DNA of 64,000 nucleotides from a virus. Below the pieces are notes generated by a model. The model was not told the DNA's origin, ran no database searches, and was given only the letters and a program-made list of their open reading frames with translations. The position numbers and the translations under genes were made by a program. Of the stretch, positions 58,994 through 64,000 are shown one piece after another. Location: positions 32,001 to 96,000 of the IMG/VR virus record IMGVR_UViG_3300009593_000010. One strand, given 5' to 3'. Position 1 is the stretch's first letter. Each line of letters starts with the position of its first letter.

Positions 58994-59244
58994 TGACAGA
59001 GTATTCAGATCGAGTTAGAAGGCATGCAGAAAGAATGGAAGCCGAAGAGTGGGGTAAAAAGGTAAAGTACCTTCTTGCTCAAAATGGACAGATCATTATT
59101 GAATTTAACAATGGTGATAAAAGAATTGAGAATACCAAGACTGGAGTACAGACTTGGGAAAGATCAGAAATATCAAGAGAATCTTTAATTGATAAGTTCG
59201 GAAGGATTATGACTGATATGAGTTCTGGAAAAAAAGATGATTAA
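58990..59244 (+). CDS. Hypothetical protein
   Basis: 84-aa ORF coupled to the upstream microprotein. Confidence 0.65.
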   Translation: MMTEYSDRVRRHAERMEAEEWGKKVKYLLAQNGQIIIEFNNGDKRIENTKTGVQTWERSEISRESLIDKFGRIMTDMSSGKKDD

Positions 59245-59355
59245 TAATAGGGGCTACGGCTCGGGTATGGGACAGGGAAACGAGAACAACAAGGTGGACA
59301 CTTTTATATCAGCACTTGTGTTGAAACTGCTTTCCCATCCCACCAGTTTTGAATT

Positions 59356-59658
59356 ATGAAACAGATAGAAATGAATTTAGGAAAAAAGAAACCAGTAAGT
59401 GGTGGAATTGATAAGATGGAATTTGCAATTGCTATTGATGCAAGTGGTCAAGGTACATACAATCTCTTAGGAACATATGAAGAGATCGAATTTTACTGTG
59501 ACTCCAACAATCTTTGGGTGGATAGGTATTTAGATTATGTTGCCCCATCCACTGTAAGACAAGGTTTTAATTATGTGGGGTCTGGAAAGAATCCATATGA
59601 ATTGCAAAGAGGGTTTAATTATAATACCCACGAACCAATAGTAGACAACAGTTTTTAA
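59356..59658 (+). CDS. Hypothetical protein
   Basis: 100-aa ORF. Confidence 0.65.
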   Translation: MKQIEMNLGKKKPVSGGIDKMEFAIAIDASGQGTYNLLGTYEEIEFYCDSNNLWVDRYLDYVAPSTVRQGFNYVGSGKNPYELQRGFNYNTHEPIVDNSF

Positions 59659-59684
59659 CATACCATGCAGATAAGGAAAATAAC

Positions 59685-59816
59685 ATGGAAAACATTGAAA
59701 TGGAACATCAAGAACATCGTAATCGCTTTAATAGGAAAAAGGTCGATGATCAGAAGAAGGTGATTGAAGACCAGATCGAAAGGATTATGGAACTTTTATA
59801 CAAGAAAGATGAATAG
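59685..59816 (+). CDS. Small charged protein (43 aa, not in ORF track)
   Basis: AAGGA SD; MENIEMEHQEHRNRFNRKKVDDQKKVIEDQIERIMELLYKKDE. Confidence 0.5.
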   Translation: MENIEMEHQEHRNRFNRKKVDDQKKVIEDQIERIMELLYKKDE

Positions 59817-61068
59817 TAAACCAGAAGCTTATCTTTATTTAATAACAATTACATTTTTAGATGGATTGATAAAATATTATTTGGGATGGCACAAATTAGA
59901 TAGAGGACTCTATGATGATGGATACTTACATTCCTCAAAAGATAAAGAATTAATAAAAGATTTCACTAACCCAGACAATGAGGTTACAAGAAAAATAATT
60001 GCAGAAGGTACAGAAGAAGATATGGCATATATGGAATATTCCAGACTTCAAAAGGCCGATGCAATAAGGAATCCACTTTGGTACAACAAGTCTCATGGTG
60101 GTGGGGTTAATTTAAAAAAACATGGGAATATAAAAATGATAGATGAACTATGGGAAGATATAAAGGCTAAGAAGTATTTACAGGATACTCAAAGAGATAT
60201 GGACGATATACTTAAATGTAGAAGATGGCAAACTAGGTTAACACCTCTCATTCCATCACATGTTCAAGTTATCAATGATAAAATCGTTGCCCTAAACTAC
60301 AACATGTCTACATGGGAACCAATAATTTTCCTTAAAGATTTTGACGGGCCAGGTAAAGATTTGCTTTATCAAGGATGTCATACAACAGCAGCTGCAGAGA
60401 AAACAAAAAGAGTAGGCTCAATTCCTCAGCAACTAATTCCAAAAAAAGTTTGGAGTAAACTAAGTGAGATGGAATTAAAAACTCTTTGTAAAAGATTAAA
60501 TCCACAAATTGAAAAACCATCAGAACCAACATCACCAGATGAGGCTGCACAATGGATGGCAGACAACTGGGAAAAGAATGGTGTTTCTGTAGAAGCAGAA
60601 TCAAACTTTGTTGAATTAGAAAAATGGGGATTTGAAAGATATACTATCAAAAGGTCTTTGATTCCAAAAGCAGAGAAACTAATTGCAAAATTAAGAGCAA
60701 TCCCATCAGACCATATCCAAATTGATTATACTTCTGGAACAGATAAGAAACATTTAGATGGGTTGGTTGCTGATGCAAAACGAGGAAAAACACACTCTAT
60801 GGCATTTTCTTCTTCATGGTTTAAGATGGATGAAGTTTTAGCCTTCCTTCTTAGAAATAAAAAGAAAAAGCAGAAAGATAGAATGAACTTTATTAAATTT
60901 TATATACACCATACTGATGCTATAAACAAATCAAAATGGCAAAAAGAGTATGGTGCTAAAATTCATGAAGAATTAACAGAATTGAATGATTATGCAAAAG
61001 AAGAATACGCGGTTGAATTTGATATTGAAGAACTTGCATTCACAAGACCAAACCCTATTAAAATTTAA
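59809..61068 (+). CDS. GIY-YIG (Seg-like) N-terminal domain plus ParB/Srx-like domain protein
   Basis: AYLYLIT...KYYLGWH...DDGYLHSS...E...YNKSHGG; later PIIFL...LYQGCHT..AA. Confidence 0.55.
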   Translation: MNSKPEAYLYLITITFLDGLIKYYLGWHKLDRGLYDDGYLHSSKDKELIKDFTNPDNEVTRKIIAEGTEEDMAYMEYSRLQKADAIRNPLWYNKSHGGGVNLKKHGNIKMIDELWEDIKAKKYLQDTQRDMDDILKCRRWQTRLTPLIPSHVQVINDKIVALNYNMSTWEPIIFLKDFDGPGKDLLYQGCHTTAAAEKTKRVGSIPQQLIPKKVWSKLSEMELKTLCKRLNPQIEKPSEPTSPDEAAQWMADNWEKNGVSVEAESNFVELEKWGFERYTIKRSLIPKAEKLIAKLRAIPSDHIQIDYTSGTDKKHLDGLVADAKRGKTHSMAFSSSWFKMDEVLAFLLRNKKKKQKDRMNFIKFYIHHTDAINKSKWQKEYGAKIHEELTELNDYAKEEYAVEFDIEELAFTRPNPIKI

Positions 61069-61069
61069 C

Positions 61070-61097
61070 TTGACAGATAAGGAATCTGTAGTATACT
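61070..61097 (+). promoter_or_regulatory. Sigma70-like promoter (TTGACA-16-TATACT)
   Basis: 7 nt before the ATG at 61105. Confidence 0.6.
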
Positions 61098-61104
61098 GAA
61101 TAGT

Positions 61105-61404
61105 ATGAATATAGAAATTAACTATAAATTTAATGAAGACAACCTTTTGGGTGAAATTAAAGATTATGTCGATGAAACTTATTCCCAACATTATGGTGGT
61201 GGTAAGTATCAAGCAACAGATATGATTCTTGATTCTGGACATGGGGAAGGCTTTGCAATCGGTAACATTATGAAGTACGCAATGAGGTATGGAAAAAAGG
61301 GTGGGAAGAATCGTCAAGATATTTTGAAGGTTGTTCACTATGCTTTGATCGCATTGCATAACCACGATGAAACTATAAATGAGGTAAATCATGAATCTAA
61401 GTAG
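61105..61404 (+). CDS. DUF3310-like protein
   Basis: SQHY...GFAIGNIMKYAMRYGKKGG.NRQDILK..HYA. Confidence 0.8.
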   Translation: MNIEINYKFNEDNLLGEIKDYVDETYSQHYGGGKYQATDMILDSGHGEGFAIGNIMKYAMRYGKKGGKNRQDILKVVHYALIALHNHDETINEVNHESK

Positions 61405-62056
61405 TGAAACTATTAACCTTTTACAAAACTTCGGTAGTATCAATTCTGGTATTACAGTAAAAGTTGGGAATGAATTGAAAACAATTAGTCCCATGAAGAA
61501 TATATTTGGTAAGGCAACTATTGCTGAAGACTTTGATCGAGAGTTTTCAATTTATGACTTATCAGAATTTTTAGCAACCATATCATTATTTGATACACCA
61601 ACTTTCGATTTTGGTGACACTTCTGTGACTTTGAGTGGAGACTCTTCAAAAGCAGTTTATAATTATGCTGATTCAGCAATGATAATTTCTCCAGAGAAAG
61701 ATATCACTATGCCAAATCCAGAAATTATATTTGAACTTGATAAAGAAACTCTTACAAAAATGGTCAAAAGTTCTGCCGTACTATCTCTTCCAGACTTAGT
61801 GTTAGAATCTGATGGAACAGATGTAACCTTAACAGTTAAAGATCGTAAAAACTCTTCAACTAATAAGTATGGAGTTAGAGTTGCTGATGGAGATAACAGT
61901 GTATATTCAATGAATTTTAAGATAGAGAATCTTAAAGTTGTATCAGACGATTATACAGTTTATGTATCATCTAAAGGTATCTCACACTTTGTTGCAGTCA
62001 ACAAGGGTGTTGAATACTTTATTGCTTTGGAACCAGATTCAAAGTATGGTGTCTAA
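61391..62056 (+). CDS. gp45: Sliding clamp gp45
   Basis: MNLSSETINLLQNFGSIN, FSIYDLSEFL, FKIENLKV, YFIALEPDS. Confidence 0.93.
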   Translation: MNLSSETINLLQNFGSINSGITVKVGNELKTISPMKNIFGKATIAEDFDREFSIYDLSEFLATISLFDTPTFDFGDTSVTLSGDSSKAVYNYADSAMIISPEKDITMPNPEIIFELDKETLTKMVKSSAVLSLPDLVLESDGTDVTLTVKDRKNSSTNKYGVRVADGDNSVYSMNFKIENLKVVSDDYTVYVSSKGISHFVAVNKGVEYFIALEPDSKYGV

Positions 62057-62060
62057 GTCA

Positions 62061-62068
62061 TATAAATA
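62061..62068 (+). promoter_or_regulatory. T4-type late promoter TATAAATA upstream of gp44
   Basis: Exact consensus, intergenic. Confidence 0.6.
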
Positions 62069-62203
62069 TGACTGTAGATACTAAGACATTGGTATTAAGG
62101 GATTTGCAATCAACTCTCATATCTAGGGATTGCATTCGTGCCTGAAAGGTGGGTTTCAGACATTTTACTAATAATGGAGTCGTAAAGACTAGGAAATTAT
62201 ATT

Positions 62204-63133
62204 ATGAAAGACTTTTTATGGGTAGAAGAATATAGACCTCGTACAATCGAGGATTGTGTTCTGCCCTCTCAAATCAAACAAACCTTTTTTGATCTAAAGG
62301 ATGAAATTCCAAACATGATTTTATCTGGTTCTGCTGGAACTGGAAAAACTACTGTTGCAAGAGCATTGTGTGATCAAATAGGTGCAGATATGATGTTCAT
62401 CAATGGATCAGAGGAATCTGGTATTGATGTACTCAGAACCAAGATTAAAAACTTTGCCAGCACTGTGTCGTTACAGGGTGGGAACAAAGTTGTAATTATT
62501 GATGAAGCAGATTATCTAAATCCCCAATCAACTCAACCAGCCCTTCGTGGGTTCATCGAAGAATTTCACAAGAACTGTAGATTTATTCTTACTTGTAATT
62601 ACAAGAACAGAATCATACAACCTCTACATTCTCGATGTACTGTAATAGACTTTAAGATACCATCTGAGGAAAGACCAAGACTTGCAAGTGTATTTCTTGC
62701 TAGGATTATGACAATACTAACTGAGGAAGGTATCAAATTTAATGTGGAAGTATTACAGGAATTGGTACTCAAGTTCTTTCCAGACTTTCGTAGAACGATA
62801 AACGAACTACAAAGATATTCTGTAAGTGGAGAAATCGATGTAGGTATTCTCACTAATGTTGCAGAAGAAAGTATGAGAGAATTATTGTCTCATGTTAAAA
62901 CAAAAAGATTTACAGATATGAGAAAGTGGGTTGCACTGAATTCAGACAATGACCCAGTTATGTTATATCGTAAGTTATATGATACCTTGTATGATACAGT
63001 TGATAAATCTAGTATCCCACAAGCAGTATTGATCATTGCAGATTATCAATATAAATCTGCTTTCGTAGCAGACCAAGAGGTGAATCTGGTCGCATGTTTA
63101 ACTGAATTAATGATGGAGTGTAAATTCAAATGA
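62204..63133 (+). CDS. gp44: Clamp loader large subunit gp44
   Basis: LWVEEYRP, GSAGTGKTT, IIDEAD, QPALRGFIEEF, SRC, FPDFRRTINELQRY. Confidence 0.96.
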   Translation: MKDFLWVEEYRPRTIEDCVLPSQIKQTFFDLKDEIPNMILSGSAGTGKTTVARALCDQIGADMMFINGSEESGIDVLRTKIKNFASTVSLQGGNKVVIIDEADYLNPQSTQPALRGFIEEFHKNCRFILTCNYKNRIIQPLHSRCTVIDFKIPSEERPRLASVFLARIMTILTEEGIKFNVEVLQELVLKFFPDFRRTINELQRYSVSGEIDVGILTNVAEESMRELLSHVKTKRFTDMRKWVALNSDNDPVMLYRKLYDTLYDTVDKSSIPQAVLIIADYQYKSAFVADQEVNLVACLTELMMECKFK

Positions 63134-63288
63134 AAACTATTAGGAACCAAACTACTGGGGTAATTGAAAGAGTAAAAGATAATGTTGCATCTGAAAGGGT
63201 AAAAGGTAAATCACAGGCTTCGTCATTATCTGGTGGTTGGAAATATTGTTCTAAGGAAGAATGGAAGAAGGAAGTTCGTGATGTCTGA
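63130..63288 (+). CDS. Small conserved phage protein (52 aa, not in ORF track)
   Basis: ATGA coupling to gp44; MKTIRNQTTGVIERVKD...GWKYCSKEEWKKEVRDV. Confidence 0.65.
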   Translation: MKTIRNQTTGVIERVKDNVASERVKGKSQASSLSGGWKYCSKEEWKKEVRDV

Positions 63289-63478
63289 TTGGGATTTATT
63301 ATATTATGTTTGTTTTATAGGGGTTGTCGTTGGTGCCTATATACATGGACATAAGTTAGGAATTAAACAAGGTGCAGCCACAATGTATGAACACATATAT
63401 TCACAAGGAACTAGAAAGAATGATGTAGTCATTGTTGAATTGGAATATGAGTCAAGGGCAAAAACCAAAGAATTTTAA
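63281..63478 (+). CDS. Small single-TM protein
   Basis: MSDWDLLYYVCFIGVVVGAYIHG... Confidence 0.6.
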   Translation: MSDWDLLYYVCFIGVVVGAYIHGHKLGIKQGAATMYEHIYSQGTRKNDVVIVELEYESRAKTKEF

Positions 63479-63479
63479 T

Positions 63480-64000
63480 ATGAAGAAGTTAACTTTAGAA
63501 AATGATTTCAATATAAGAATGAATCTGGGTATTGACTATAAATCAATGACAGGATGGTGTGTTGAAAACGAAAATCATCCAGCACTATCCCATCAAGAGG
63601 ATGGTATACAAGTACCAAACCAATTTAGTGATACTCTTAGATCATATGTAAGGGGTGCAACTGAGGGATCAAATCCAGATGAACATGATTGTATCGATGA
63701 TGAACAATCAAAAGAAATTCAATTCTACCAAACATACAATCCATTTACTTTTGGAATACCTTGTTTTGCAGACTTGTATTGGGCATTGAACAAGTTCTTT
63801 TATGAACATGATCAAGTCAAAGAGGCTGGAGAACCATATTACATACATGGGTGGTTTAATGTTTATCATTCAAAGGTGGGTGAAGAGGGTTACGATCATA
63901 TTCCGTGGCACAGGCATTTACATACTTTACATCCTCATATCTATCATGGATTTTATTGTGCAAATGTACAACCATCTGAAACTTGGTATCGATACTCTGC
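63480..64000 (+). CDS. 2OG-Fe(II) oxygenase-like protein, 3'-truncated; paralog of 33657-34238
   Basis: Open to the window end; YYIHGWFNVY...IPWHRH...YHGFYC...SETWYR. Confidence 0.65.
   Translation, partial: MKKLTLENDFNIRMNLGIDYKSMTGWCVENENHPALSHQEDGIQVPNQFSDTLRSYVRGATEGSNPDEHDCIDDEQSKEIQFYQTYNPFTFGIPCFADLYWALNKFFYEHDQVKEAGEPYYIHGWFNVYHSKVGEEGYDHIPWHRHLHTLHPHIYHGFYCANVQPSETWYRYS

Noticed and set aside
209-61494. Numerous 60-170 aa minus-strand and alternative-frame ORFs in the track (e.g. 3370-3774, 12845-13306, 22010-22768, 49890-50387, 60973-61494)
   Set aside because: They are shadows of well-supported + strand genes, with composition explained by the antisense or shifted frame of biased codons.
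1-64000. Stop-codon reassignment or integrase/transposase
   Set aside because: Core genes are full-length in the standard code; no recombinase or transposase motifs or terminal inverted repeats were found.

Overview
This is a 64-kb slice of a T4-like myovirus genome (AT-rich, standard genetic code, almost all genes on the + strand). The gene content resembles marine cyanophage/pelagiphage-type T4-likes, and the Amt and TorF-type porin genes point to a proteobacterial host (inference). Order: baseplate wedge (gp7-like, gp8), a 2180-aa DUF4815/VrlC-like virion protein, a tail-fibre block, a repeat protein plus tailoring-enzyme cluster, gp13-17, ammonium transporter, gp18-23, gp3, uvsY, uvsW, gp55, gp47/46, an accessory island (2OG-Fe(II) oxygenases, def, TorF-like porin, Coq4-like), tRNA-Asp, a vWA/metallopeptidase plus MoxR/CobS-like AAA+ pair, then gp45 and gp44. 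The most striking observation is ORF 21616-23190. Its two 211-residue repeat arms mirror each other unit by unit around a central turn, with complementary substitutions (YEQT opposite YEVT, YQQP opposite RPAT). This suggests a very long antiparallel hairpin fibre, encoded next to a chaperone-like gene and hydroxylation/sulfation enzymes. All family assignments come from motif recognition by eye; no database searches were run.
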